Numbered from the whole stretch's first letter, positions 26,901 through 40,039 are shown. The stretch: DNA of 58,509 nucleotides, filler included, from Dugesia japonica (GCA_001938525.1; 5 parts of 5 records of this genome joined end to end with filler, not necessarily neighbours in it); one strand, 5' to 3'. The notes: a model not told the origin generated them from the letters alone. Numbers and translations are program-made.

Positions 26901-27813
26901 AACCGCTTTTTTAGAAATGGTAGAAATTATCTCTGAGGTTAAGATCAACCTCAACGAAATTCATCAAACTTTAATTTTAGTAAAATAAATCGATAAACAA
27001 GTTATTATGGGTTACTCACCGGACAAAGTATCTACTGAGGAACCTTCAATTTTTGAAAAAATAAAAGTTACTCAAATTTGAACATCAAAGTAATGATTTG
27101 ATAGAGACTTTTACGCAAAGTAGGAAAAATATTGACATATTAAAATCATTATTTTATTGTTAATACTTGTATTTTCTTTGAGGAAACGTTTATTATTTAT
27201 GATAAACCCAAAATTTTAATTAAATCAATATTTTCCATTAAACCTGTATTTTCATTCTCATATTTATGTTCAAGTTGCATTTAATGTCAAGTGTAATCAA
27301 GAGTGCGAATCCATAGAAATATTTTGAACCTTTGAACAATTAATGATTCCAACGAATATCTCAAAGTACGAACCCTATAACATCTAATAAGTAAGTCTCT
27401 CGAGAAACTTAGCCTAACTATCTAAACATTTGAAAACTTTGGTTATTTAAAATTCATTAATTTCACTTAATTTAAACAAAACTCTCATGTAATATCTTTA
27501 TTATTAATGTTGCCAAGAACCATCTAATGTTGATGTTAATATTTCCCGAAGAGTGTCTAAATTTCATATTGTTCTGGAGGAATTCTAAAATTTCTCGGGG
27601 CAACTTATGTTAATATTGATATTGACCAGTGCAACTAAAGTTGATGTTGCATGTACTGACTTACTTGCATTTTCTCTCAAATAATCTCCTGCGTATCTAG
27701 TGCATATGTAGGAATTTGTNNNNNNNNNNNNNNNNNNNNNNNNNNNNNNNNNNNNNNNNNNNNNNNNNNNNNNNNNNNNNNNNNNNNNNNNNNNNNNNNN
27801 NNNNNNNNNNNNN

Positions 27814-28700
27814 TCCCACTCCTCTATATTTTGATACTCAATATACTATCTCGTTTCTTGAAAAATCTAGTCTTGGGTTTCTCTGACTTCGTGTCCGCAT
27901 GTTCTATTTGTCATTGAATACACTTAAAGAACTGCATTCAGATTAGTTTATCAGCGTTCCTTTGTCGAATACCCTTTCTGTATTTAAAATTGATATCTAG
28001 ACATCTGAAAAAGTTGATCCCAGTTTGGAGTTGGCTGTCGTCGGTTTCTTTATATGAATCCTGAAAGTAATAGACTTATTATCTCAGAGTAAAATATCTC
28101 CTATAATAAGTAATGCTTAAAACGCTTTCAAAATCTGGTCTAGTTTAATCTTTATCACACCATTATGCTCCTTTTTTATCTTCGAAAAAATTAATATATT
28201 GTCCAGATATACCATTTATTGTATTCCATTCGTTCCTTTTACCATTATTACCTGAAATGTCTCTGGTGCTGCTGTTTTGAATGGCAACCGCGTGAAATAC
28301 TATTCCGCTTTCACCTAGAATTGTTCTTCGAGCTCCACTAGTTAAATAAGTCTCTTCGCGCAGTACATTCAACATTTCCTCTATCTTTGGCATCGGAAAT
28401 GCCTGTCTTTACATAATTGCATTTAGTTCGCTTAAATACAAACATAACCTAATGTCTTTCTTCTAACTTTCTCTTTTTTCCACACACAAACACCAAGGGA
28501 GTGTTCTAAGGTGAATTACATTTCCGTATTATTCCGTTCTCGAATTAATTTTTGATAGCTTCATTTATTTTTCCTTATAAATTCATTGATTGTCTATATG
28601 GTTTTACGTTGATAGGTCCTTCATTCGTGATTATTTTGTGTTTAATAAGTTGTGCATCAACTATTGAATCGAAAATTTCGGCGGATCTCTTCTTCATTTT
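27814..28700 (-). mobile_element. Internally deleted Ty3/gypsy RT/RNase H fragment
   Basis: PINVKPYRQ; CLYLSELNAI; QAFPMPKIEEML; RNase H-end remnants similar to other copies. Confidence 0.75.
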
Positions 28701-28708
28701 CTTTGTCT

Positions 28709-28984
28709 TTATATGAAGTTATCCTTTGTATAATCACAGATTATTTTGATTTCTCTGTATACAATACAATACAGGTCTATGAAAAATCTGAAATCGTACG
28801 AAATATAGCAGGTTTGGAACTCTTGATTTGAAATTTGAAATGAGCTTATAATAGAAAATTTGTTAACAGGGAGACACCAAAAATATATTGTGCCCATGGT
28901 TCTAATTATGCTCGCTACATCACTGATAACTACACTAATAAATAGTACTGTGCAAGCAAAATTGTAAACTGTGGTAAAATACAT
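28709..28984 (-). pseudogene. Possible class A GPCR fragment (TM2-TM3)
   Basis: FISVVISDV (LAxxD-like), Cys at a TM3-top-like position, IDLYCIVY (DRY-like); weak and appears internally deleted. Confidence 0.25.
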
Positions 28985-30129
28985 TTGACAAATTTATCTT
29001 CAAAGATACAAAATAGACTTATTTTATGCCATATTTTGTTTAATACTAATAAAAGTAATGAAATTAATAAGTTTTGCATAGTAATGATTCACAAGCAGGA
29101 CGGAAAGACTTTAAATAACTTTTGTGATTCAAATTTTAATTTTTCTTTTTAAGTTCGATTAATTAATATTAATTATTCGAAGTTTGTAATGTCAATGTAA
29201 TAATTTTATTGTGTGCTATTTTCGTTTTTTTAATAAAGTAAATTTATAAGACACAAAACTTCCTTTAAAACTTTTTAATCCGGTTTACTAATTCTATTAA
29301 AGGTTAAATTCACAGCATTGCTATTAACAAAAATAATGCATCAATTTTAATTCACAAAGCGCATGAATTGTAAACTTCAATCAGTTAGATTTCTTTAAAC
29401 ATGCCAGACAAGACCATACTAGTGGAAAATAGAATAATACATATTATTATTCATTCAATCAATCAGAAATTATATTCTCACTTTCAATACAAATGCAATT
29501 TTCAATTTCTCGTAATATTTATTCAACTGAAAGGAGATAAACCCTCGGTACAAAATTTAATTAATACTTCAATGCGAATTCCTTGAACAGCTTTGGAAAA
29601 ATTATAAATTTCGACTTTCATCTAATTGATTAAAATGTATCATTAAATAAATATCAAAATAATTTTTTTCTGATGACACTCAAAATTAATAAAAAATAAT
29701 TAAATAACATTACTTGTTAAAATTGTGTTAAGATTATTTTAAATTTAAAACTATTTAAAATTTATTTGGGACTTAAATTTGATAAAATAAAAAGTTACTT
29801 TAGAAAATTGAAATTCAAAATAAATGAAAAATAAAGATTGTAGTATTGTCGAATAATAACTTTTATCTGTTTTACGCGAAAATATTATATATTTACAATT
29901 TAAGTAGAATTTTATCAAGTATTTATTTAAAATTTTTCAAAAATCTAAAAATATGTAAATTTCTTCAGACGTTTAGGTGTATATAGGTTGATTTTATAAT
30001 TTTTTTCAAGCCTGTCGTGGTCAGTTATTTATTTGCTTTTGATTTGGACATGAAGTGATTTGGTGAGTAAGTTTTTGTTAAAATTTAATATAATTACAAT
30101 TATTGTAAGAATAATTGTTGGACTTAACA

Positions 30130-30900
30130 ATTGATCGCATTTGAGATTTCATTAAAATGAAGAAAAAGCTTCGATCAAAATAAGATGTATTTGTAAAGAA
30201 ATTCAAATTTTCGACACTTGTCTTCTTCAGGAATGATGACTTTTTGATATATTCAATAGAGCAATAGATCTTTACAACAAAATTCTTTATCTTTTATCAA
30301 AATTTTATTGGTCTATTGAAAGTAAAATTTTTTTATTTTAAAATTTAATCTCAGAAAATCTTTTTTATTAACATTAAAATTTTACAATATTAAAACTCTA
30401 ATTTTTTACTAATTTTTTTTACAATTTATTAATTATTGAAAATCTTTGAAAATTTTTAATTAATATTTGTTCATGTTTTTTGTCTGTGAAGTGTAGAAAT
30501 ATAGCCTGTTCCTAATGTTTGCCATGTAATATGACGACTTTCTGGTTAAATATTATGTTTGTTTTGAAAGTGTTTTAAGACTTCACTTTCTTTCTATTTA
30601 AGATGTTCTTTAATTCTTGTAGGGATGGTTCTCCACGATTCTCCTATATATGTATACTTACATCAGGTGAATATCATTTTGTAACTGATATTTTTATTAT
30701 TTATTTTTATTATTTATTTTTATTATTATCCTTTACCATCACAAATGCATTGGAAACCACAAAAATTCTGTCTTGGTTTCTGTAATTTAAAGATTTTCAA
30801 TAATTAAAATAATTAATAAATTTAAAAAAATATTAGTAAAAAATTAGAGTTTTAATATTGTAATATTTTAATCTTAATAAAAAAAATTTGTTGAAATTAG
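30130..30900 (-). mobile_element. Truncated Penelope-like element with an inverted pLTR segment
   Basis: GIY-YIG remnant YTYIGESWRTIPTRIKEH (~30600-30660); hammerhead at 30201-30234; 30790-30900 is an inverted copy of 30345-30445. Confidence 0.8.
30201..30234 (-). ncRNA. Minimal hammerhead ribozyme motif
   Basis: Minus strand: attc-CTGAAGA-a-GAC-aagt-GTC-GAAA-attt-gaat. Confidence 0.7.
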
Positions 30901-30901
30901 A

Positions 30902-31550
30902 TATACAAATTATATAGACAAATTAGATATCAAACTAGCTTCATATTTTACTAATAAAATTGATTTTGTATATCACAATCTTATATATCAAATGGAGAAA
31001 TTCTACGAGAAAACCGTATCAAATTGTTATAAAATAAATAGACAATTGTTGCGTACAAAAATGGTACTAGCTTCTATTAATCTATATTTGATAACAGCAT
31101 TATTGTTCGAAGAAGCAAGAACTTTTGGGAGAACTGTCGGTGAAGCATTATTAACTTTTAAATGTAAAATCACAAAAGTTACTTTAACAGACAGCCCAAA
31201 ATGTACAAATAAACTGCCAGTGAAACATAATTATAAAAATGTCTTTTTATTATCAGTGACACGAATTTTAACAGATGAAAATTATAAACCCAAGGAAATT
31301 AATAAATGTAGTAACCTTCTTGACTCACTATACAAAATAAACGATGACGTTAGGATCACTGCTTTAGATCGTATAACAGCACAAAACCTGCTGTATTAGA
31401 GATACTGGAACTCCAAAAAAGAATGGTATTTGATAAACAATACAATATGGAAAATACTGCTATATATACTCAGGACATGGGCTGGCCAAGGAGATAGTAG
31501 AAGGGAATTGTTGGGATGTTCTATAATAATTAAGTAGGATGTGGATATGA
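30902..31550 (+). pseudogene. Chuvirus-like glycoprotein fragment (endogenous viral element or retroelement env)
   Basis: Frame open from 30902: LDIKLASYFTNKIDFVYH..QMEKFY...NC..NRQLL...LAS...GEALLTFKC..V......CTNKLPV......FL...TRIL.......CSNLL...Y; after a frameshift, AIYTQD. Cys spacing and motifs match recalled chuvirus-G-like sequences. Confidence 0.65.
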
Positions 31551-31569
31551 AATAAGAAGATGATTATAT

Positions 31570-31669
31570 NNNNNNNNNNNNNNNNNNNNNNNNNNNNNNN
31601 NNNNNNNNNNNNNTTAATTAATTAANNNNNNNNNNNNNNNNNNNNNNNNNNNNNNNNNNNNNNNNNNNN
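31570..31669. other. Artificial assembly spacer
   Basis: 44N + TTAATTAATTAA + 44N. Confidence 0.95.
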
Positions 31670-32883
31670 TTTTTTCATTAAGCTTTACATTTAAATATAC
31701 TTTTCCAACAATTTTTAAAGAACTATTATTCGTACGTTTGACATTTTTATCAGAATCAATAATTGAAACATTTTCTATCCTTTTTAATAATTCATATTTA
31801 ATAACACTAATTTTAGCTCCAGTATCAAGTAAACATGATGTAACAATATTATTAATTTTTAAATTTATCATAGGTCGATTATCTAGAGTATCAAAATAAT
31901 TATTAATAATAATTGACAAATTATTATTATCGTCATAATTATCATTACTACTATAATTATTTTTATTATTTACAATTATATCAAGCATAACATCATCACA
32001 CAAATTATTTTCAAGCAACTCAATATCATACACACATTTACAATCATTATCAATCATACAGATATTTCTCAAATCAAATCTTACATTTTTTGATGAATCG
32101 CTCCGACAACTTCCTCTCTTGGAAGGGCTTTGGCTTTTGGGAACTGATGTGTCATAGTTCTGTCATCATCTCTCATCAAATCATNTGAATGTTCATCGTA
32201 TGCTGCAACATTGTATTGAGGATAATCTCTTTTCATATCCCGAATCTCATAGCATTGATGTTTAAAATCTCCAGGTCTGTTACAATGGAAACATTTTACA
32301 TTTGGACAATTAACTCTGACATGTCCTTCTTCTTTGCATGCCCAAAATCGTTTAGATCTTTGTGGAAAATTATTTTCGGTTCTCTTAAATCCTCTTCCAT
32401 CAAAACGATTAATGGATGCATTTGAATTAACAAATCTTCTGGAATTCGAATATCGGTTTCTGTTGTTTTCCACTAAATTATTCCTTTTAAATGTGTCTGG
32501 ACGATTTGGATAAAAATCATTAAATTTGGCAGTTGTTGCATAATTCTTCTTTTTGATTTTAACTGCTGCCAAATTGACTTCTAGATTAAGCTCCTTCTTG
32601 AAACTGTCCATTTTTGAAATAATATCTTTCATTTCTTCATTTGTTCTTAATCCTCGAATTTTTATTTCTTTTTAAACATACATATCTTCAACAGCATTTT
32701 GTAAAAGAAAACTAACGAGATTTTCCTTTGTAAAGTTATGTCTGATTATATTTTCTGCAAGACGATCAATTTTGTTGAAAAACGAATTAATGGATTCATT
32801 TCCTTTTCAATAATTTATTGCAGATAATAAATCTTTACCGATATTTGCTGGTTCTTCAAAAGCTTTTCGGCATCTTTGGACAT
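31670..32883 (-). mobile_element. Ty3/gypsy gag + aspartic protease
   Basis: Knuckles (F)WACKEEGHVRVNC and CFHCNRPGDFKHQC; protease CLLDTGAKISVI; pol lies in the -1 frame of gag. Confidence 0.88.
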
Positions 32884-34039
32884 NNNNNNNNNNNNNNNNN
32901 NNNNNNNNNNNNNNNNNNNNNNNNNNNNNNNNNNNNNNNNNNNNNNNNNNNNNNNNNNNNNNNNNNNNNNNNNNNNNNNNNNNNNNNNNNNNNNNNNNNN
33001 NNNNNNNNNNNNNNNNNNNNNNNNNNNNNNNNNNNNNNNNNNNNNNNNNNNNNNNNNNNNNNNNNNNNNNNNNNNNNNNNNNNNNNNNNNNNNNNNNNNN
33101 NNNNNNNNNNNNNNNNNNNNNNNNNNNNNATGACAATCTAAAAAGGAGGAATAAATATATATGCAATTATGATTTGAGCAATCAACATACCTCAATCAGC
33201 AAATAAAGATTGACCTCTTATCCAACATACAAATATTTGAACTCATTGTCAAATATTAATTATGCAACATACAGTTTTAATAATCATTTATAATAAATAT
33301 AAAATATCCTCACACATCACAAAACCATGAATCCAATACATTCAAGCTAATAGAATTAATGAACGAATAACATTCAGTTGATAATAAAATAAAGAAATCT
33401 CAGAAAATTCAGACCCTTTTCCAAAAATATTCACTGATAGCTAAACTTAATGAATTCTATAAAGGAATTTTTGTTATTACAAATTTAAAAGAATTAATTT
33501 AAATAAACTTTGTTTAAACATTTTAATTGATCTAAAATTAAATTACATCATTTCGAAATTAATCAATCAGAAATTTGATTTTGGTAATTTTAACTGAAAT
33601 CAATCACTTAAAGTTAATTTTACATATATAATTTTAATTGGTCTATATTTTTAAGTAAGTATAATGTAATAGTTATGTATTTCACGCTTTAGAAATTAAT
33701 AGAGATTTTAGTAATTTCAAAATCCAATTTATAAATCAATTCAATTTAAATTTACATTTATTGAATTTATAACGTCATTAATAGTTTCAATGGTTAGTAC
33801 GAAATTAGTTACTTTGTTATTTGAAACTGATGATTTCAATTTTTAACCATAAAATCATGTCAAATATCACAATTACTTTGTGGCTGTGTTAATAATTTTT
33901 TGTATCATTTCCTGTAATATTTTAATTCTTTCAATTATTAGTTATTATTTATGTATAAATTGTGATATAAAGTTTTCCCTAAAATCACAAAAAATATAAA
34001 TTGTTTAAATATAATTATCTGAGCTGATGAGAATTTTGA

Positions 34040-34260
34040 CAAATTTTCTTTTTTTAGTTCTTGATAGTATTTCGAATTTTGAACTTTGTATTTGTCAGGA
34101 ATTGACTTTTAACTTTCTGGCGAAGTCAATGTTGGAAATTTGAAATACTATCAAGAACTAAAAAAGATAATATAAAAAAAGAAAAGCAATATTTTGATAT
34201 AAGCTTTTAATTTAATGAAATTCAAAATACAATCAATAGTTAAGTCCAACAATTATTTTC
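34040..34260. mobile_element. Decayed Penelope pLTR fragments in inverted arrangement
   Basis: ttttagttcttgatagtatttc / gaaatactatcaagaactaaaa inverted pair; 34190-34258 similar to the reverse complement of 30110-30180. Confidence 0.55.
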
Positions 34261-36789
34261 CTAATAATTTTCAAATTTTATCTCTTGTAAATTGTTCGAA
34301 ATGTGATTGAACCTCATAAAAGTTNNNNNNNNNNNNNNNNNNNNNNNNNNNNNNNNNNNNNNNNNNNNNNNNNNNNNTTTGTTGTAGTGGGGCTCTGGCT
34401 TTAAAGCAGACCGACAAAAATAATATTTATTTCTATTCCAAAATTATTGTACGAAATCAACATAATAATCAATGATTAAGATTTATTAAATTTTTTAAAA
34501 AATGAATTCAAAAAAATAGTTTAAAACATCATTTCAAAAAATATTTTTACAACATGTATCGACAAGTTATTTATCATCTTCAGGTAAAATTTTCTAATCC
34601 CTTAAAAGTTCTAATAAATAGAAATTTTGATTATGTAATCAATTACATAATCGCATATACAAATTAAATAATATTAAATAAAAACGTAAAAGGACACTCC
34701 TGAACATTCAATTTTAAGGATTGTTGGAAAGAGTTATTTGAGAAGCATTGATGATTATATCGATTTATTGAAAAATTAATATTCAGACAATTCTTTCTAG
34801 ATCAGGAGTGGCTTGCTCGCCTCCCGTGGGTCACATAAGGCCCACTGTTTAATATTTTACGCCCCGCGAGATTCAAGACGAATTTTAAAAAATGTTCAAT
34901 TTCTGCATTAATTTTGTTTTTAGTGTTGTAATGAATATGATAAAGATAAATGTCAATAGAAATAAAAAATAATAATGATTTATTGTGTTTTAAATCTTCA
35001 TCCCCTAAGTTTCTATATACATGCGATATTATAATGTATTTTCAAAGTGATCTGCAAGAAAATTTGGGTGGCCCAGCTGGTTCTAGGTCCTATATTGAAT
35101 ACAAATTTATTCTGAGAGCGCCCGAGGCGCCAGAAATTTTTGAATTTATTTTTAATTTTCAATCTGCTTTGAATTAAAAAAGAGTAGTAAAATTTATTGT
35201 TCATACAATGAAGCGTTTCTAGTATTAATATTGAAATTCTTTAGTATTTCATATTCTTTATAATTAGCAAATTCTTTAAATTATAAATAATTTCTATCAA
35301 AAGGCATTTTATATAATCATTTTATCTACTAATATTGGATTAAATAATAATAAAATATAATAATTAATAAATAATATTGGATCTATATCTTTACTTCCAA
35401 AATTAAAAATTGGTTCTTTGACTCCATTTTCTTGGAGATGAAATTTAATCGACGAAGTGTGAAATCTTTAAAAAATAACAATTTTACATGATTCGGGAGT
35501 TTAAAAGTTAATGTAACATTAATAATAAAAATTTATATAATATTTAAAATAATAAATAAATAATGATAATATAATATATTTCTGCTGAAACCATTCATTT
35601 TAATATGATTTTATCACTGAAATTTATGATTTTTTGAATTTCAGCATAATCCAGTCTACTGTTTGTTATTAACAAGTTGTATTATTGATTAAAAAATTGG
35701 ATTTGTTGATAATAATTTTTTAATCTATTTAATGACTAATTGTACACACTAAAGTACACACTTTATTTTGATGAGTAAATGCTGACAAAAATTGGTAATT
35801 TATTTCAATTGAACACAATTTATATTAATAAATTTCAGTATTTTCATGTTTTCCGGGGTCGTTTTTAAATAATATTATTTATTCGATTAATTTAACCATT
35901 AATCTATTTGTTTCAATTTGTGAAAAAATTTTTATTCAAATTTTGTTTTTCATTTTTTTAGCGGCCTCATTTACATTTGGTTTGCATTGCTCAAAGTAAT
36001 ATTTTATTTCAATGAATCTATTTTCAATATAAAAGAACCTAATATTGAAAGATTATTGCTATATTTAAATAATTTATTACATAAAAAGTAAAATGAATTA
36101 AAACTGGAAACATTTGTTTTGAGCTAAAATTGAAAATTTTACGTTTCAAGTCTGTAAGTTGTTGACAGTGGAAAAAATCTTGGCTCTTAATCGAGATGCT
36201 GACTTCCTATTGGCGTTGTTTCGAATTGCGTCATCATTTGCTGGTTCTAATTAACGACGCAAATCGTTGCCTAGTTGTATATATTTCATTTTAAGTAAAA
36301 TAATAATATCTTAATTTAATCAATAAAACAATTTAATATTGAAAATTAAATAAAGTCTCGTTTATCTATTTGAAATAAACATTAAAAATATTTAGAATTT
36401 TTAATATTCTTTCATGTAAATATTGATAAATATCTTTATTTTGCTTAGATCAAATTCTTATTAAAATTTTGAAATAACGTATTTGTATATTTCTATAATT
36501 TTAATGATTATCGATTTTAATTGTGTTGTTTAATTATCGACTTTTTTGTATTTAATATTTTTTTAAACATTCAATAAAAAATATAATCTTTTCATGCTAC
36601 ATGTTATTGTTAAAATAACATTTGTGTGAAGGAATAACTCTTTATAATCAAGTTATTTTCCAACTTTCATTATGATTGTTTTATATGTTTTAATAAAACT
36701 GCAACTTTACATGAGGTACATGATTTTATTTATTGGATCTATTTGACTATATATTTTTAACAAAGCTAAACAAATGGGTTTAAGTTTAA

Positions 36790-37534
36790 AAGTCCATTTT
36801 TTCCACATCTTGAACATCGAATTTTTCTCACAATTTCTTATATGATTCTCCGATCCACATGCGTAACACATTCATTTCTTTTCCGGATAACTTCTTCTGA
36901 CATGACCAACATGTAATTTCTTTTTTAGCTTCACTTTGAGCTCGGTTAACTCCTGAGAAACGTTCTTTTATCACGACTATTTTTACTGCATTGCTGTAAC
37001 TCTCAACTGTATTTATATTGTCTGTTTCTTTCAGGTTCTCCTTTATTTCATCATTTGTTTTTATTGTTTCAAATATTTCTTCTGAGTTCGCTAGTTTGCC
37101 TCCTTTAATCTTTATTTGAATCCTTTTATCGCAGCAACTATTGAATATTAATTCTTTTGTCATCTCTTCTTTGTCTAGTTTGTGTGCAAAGATTTCATCG
37201 ACCAGTGTTAAAGTCTTTTTCTTGTTCATAAACGTGTTCATCCGTTCTCTTGTATTTAAAGCTTCCTTAAGTCTTGTATTAGAGTAGTCTTTTTGTGGAA
37301 CGCTTTTCTCAGTCGGTCCTCAAAATCTAATAATTCATTTTAGCATTCATATGGTTCTCTTAATTCTTGATCAATTAAGCCAACTACCAAGAGGTTTTTA
37401 TCCTTTTTCTTTACACCAATACATTCGAAGTATTTGGTGCAACCATTGATATACTGTTCAATGTCGTACCAGGCCGGTAAATTCCTGGCTGTAGGGATTC
37501 TCCAATGAGGTCCATTGAAGCGTTGGTCGCCATG
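36790..37534 (-). mobile_element. Ty3/gypsy gag fragment with putative primer-binding site
   Basis: Gag closely similar to 9790-10150 (EEIFETIKTN...FSGVNR.QS.AKK.I.CWSCQK); ...aactaaCA|TGGCGACCA (37532-37524) just upstream of the gag start MDLIGESLQPG. Confidence 0.8.
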
Positions 37535-38261
37535 TTAGTTACAGATAAACTTTCTGAAAACTCCATTAAGTTCAAAAAAATTTTATTTATAAATGAAATT
37601 TCAAATCTTCAAAATACTATATTTTTAAAAGCTGAATATTTAAAAAAAGTTTTTAAACATTTTCTTCTTTAAACTTTAAATAGTAATTTTCAATTTTTAA
37701 TCCTTACAATACTATTAATCTATAAATAAATAATTAAATTTTTTTTAAAGGAAATAACTCCGAATAGTCTCTAAGTATCTAAATATCTTATTAGATATTT
37801 ATTGAAAATTATTTTATCTTAGTTTCCTGTTGTGCATATCGATTAGTTGAGTTGTAAAATTATTGAAATCTACATGTATTATCATGTTTTAAAATTTCTA
37901 TAAATAACATTTGCCTAAAAACAGCTTATAAACAATTTTATTAGTTCTAATAAAAAGATAAATTACAAGGGTAGTTGTGAAGATTTGTATGAAGTTAAAA
38001 TTTAGAATTTTTAATTTTAAAGAAAGTGACAAAATTATGACGTTATAAAGGTGTCTTAAATAAGTAGATTTCTTAAAATCGAAGTTCCATAACTGTATTA
38101 TAAATTTAATATGGTAAATCTATAAATTGAAGTTATTGAAGGTAATTGAGAATTTAATATTCAAGTGTTCAATCCAATTCCTTGCTAATTAAAGAGTAAC
38201 ATTTTGCGATATTTGGAAAAATACCCCGCCCAAAATACGAAACTTAAATTACAATTTATTT

Positions 38262-38411
38262 TCAGCAACGCCAACTGTCTTCGCTGTTATTGAAAGATAG
38301 ATGCATTCGATGGCCACTAGACATTTTATTTTGCGCCAATATACCATGTCTTTGCAAGAAATCAATGCTGCTGTCTTTGTCATGAACTAATGCAGATAGA
38401 TTTATCGCCAT
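38262..38411 (-). mobile_element. Merlin-like transposase N-terminal remnant
   Basis: MAINLSALVHDKDSSIDFLQRHGILAQNKMSSGHRMHLSFNNSEDSWRC* resembles the FLQxxGIL...(C)xxGHxMxL...WRC pattern. Confidence 0.55.
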
Positions 38412-39024
38412 AATTATCCAAATTAAATCCAAAATTTTAAATTGATTCTTAAGATTCTATTTTAAATTTAAAATGAATTAAATTTATTTTAAAGCTACAA
38501 ATTTTAAATTGTTTTTTTGGGACTTTAGGAGGAATTTCTATAAAAGAACCCCATTTAGTTAAATATTAAATTTTCGTAATAGCATATTATTCGTGTTCTA
38601 AAATTAATGTCACTCAAACATCTTACCGTAATGAAATACAAACGAAACGAAATGAAAAATTAATAACAATAATTGAAATAGATTCAACCAAATAAGTCTC
38701 ACTGTCATCTTACGATTGATTAACATATAAACAGATTTTGTATTTAAAATTATTTCTAAATTAATCTGGTCATCGTTTTATCATGACAATGTTTGCTGAG
38801 ATCTCTAAAATTTGCAAAAATATTAATTTTTGTATTTAATAATAAATACACAAAAACTATCCTTTCGATTTAATAGATTCTATTTCCAATTTATTAAATC
38901 TTGAAAAATTACTCGATTATTTCTGACATAAATATTCGCGTATCAATCGATATATTAACTATGTAATAAATATCACTGTAATGATTTATATAATTACTGT
39001 TCTATTATTATTAATCGCTTTAGA

Positions 39025-40039
39025 ATGATGTTATTGAAATTGTCTGTGATCACAATTTTCACTGTTGTTGGATTGTATTATTTATCAGTCTATATTAAAG
39101 GCAATCTGTGTCATTTGAAGGATCGAATAGATGGAAAAATTGTTCTTATTACAGGGGCAAATNNNNNNNNNNNNNNNNNNNNNNNNNNNNNNNNNNNNNN
39201 NNNNNNNNNNNNNNNNNNNNNNNNNNNNNNNNNNNNNNNNNNNNNNNNNNNNNNNNNNNNNNNNNNNNNNATAAATGCACAAGTGGATGATGATAAAGTT
39301 TTTACACATTTACTTGATTTGGCATCGATGAAATCAATTCTTGCTTTTACAAAACAATTTAAAGAATCTGTAGATAAATTAGATATTCTAATTAATAATG
39401 CTGGAATAATGATGTGTCCATATCAAGAAACAGTGGATGGTTTTGAAATGCAAATTGGAGTTAATCATTTAGGTCACTTTTTGTTNNNNNNNNNNNNNNN
39501 NNNNNNNNNNNNNNNNNNNNNNNNNNNNNNNNNNNNNNNNNNNNNNNNNNNNNNNNNNNNNNNNNNNNNNNNNNNNNNNNNNNNNNNNNNNNNNNNNNNN
39601 NNNNNNNNNNNNNNNNNNNNNNNNNNNNNNNNNNNNNNNNNNNNNNNNNNNNNNNNNNNNNNNNNNNNNNNNNNNNNNNNNNNNNNNNNNNNNNNNNNNN
39701 NNNNNNNNNNNNNNNNNNNNNNNNNNNNNNNNNNNNNNNNNNNNNNNNNNNNNNNNNNNNNNNNNNNNNNNNNNNTTTTGATCTGAATATGTGATTTAGT
39801 ATGGTGGTTTTATACTAGGATATTTTATGAGGACGCCATTTGAAGGAGCTCAAACATCAATTTGTTGTGCCGTGAATCCGGATCTTCATCAACATTCTGG
39901 GGAATATTTCAGCGATTGTCAACCTTTGAAACCTCAAAATCCACAAGTTTATAATGAATCATTAGTTGAATTTCTTTGGGAGCACAGTAATAAACTTATC
40001 AATTCAAAATTGTCATCGGTTTATCCAAATGAACTTTAA
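39025..40039 (+). CDS. Retinol dehydrogenase 11/12/13-like short-chain dehydrogenase/reductase (gapped; probably at least one intron)
   Basis: N-terminal membrane anchor; [10 protein letters not shown]; LDLASMKSI; [14 protein letters not shown]; [16 protein letters not shown]; C-terminal [14 protein letters not shown]...SGEYFSDC...LWEHS. The catalytic YxxxK falls in an N-gap. Confidence 0.92.

Noticed and set aside
30902-32883. Glycoprotein as the env gene of the neighbouring gypsy element
   Set aside because: They are on opposite strands and separated by an artificial spacer; no linkage can be inferred.
32807-33195. ORF-track entries made mostly of X (also 15898-16311, 42945-43388) and the poly-Ile ORF 40377-40580
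   Set aside because: Artefacts of N-gaps and ATT microsatellites.
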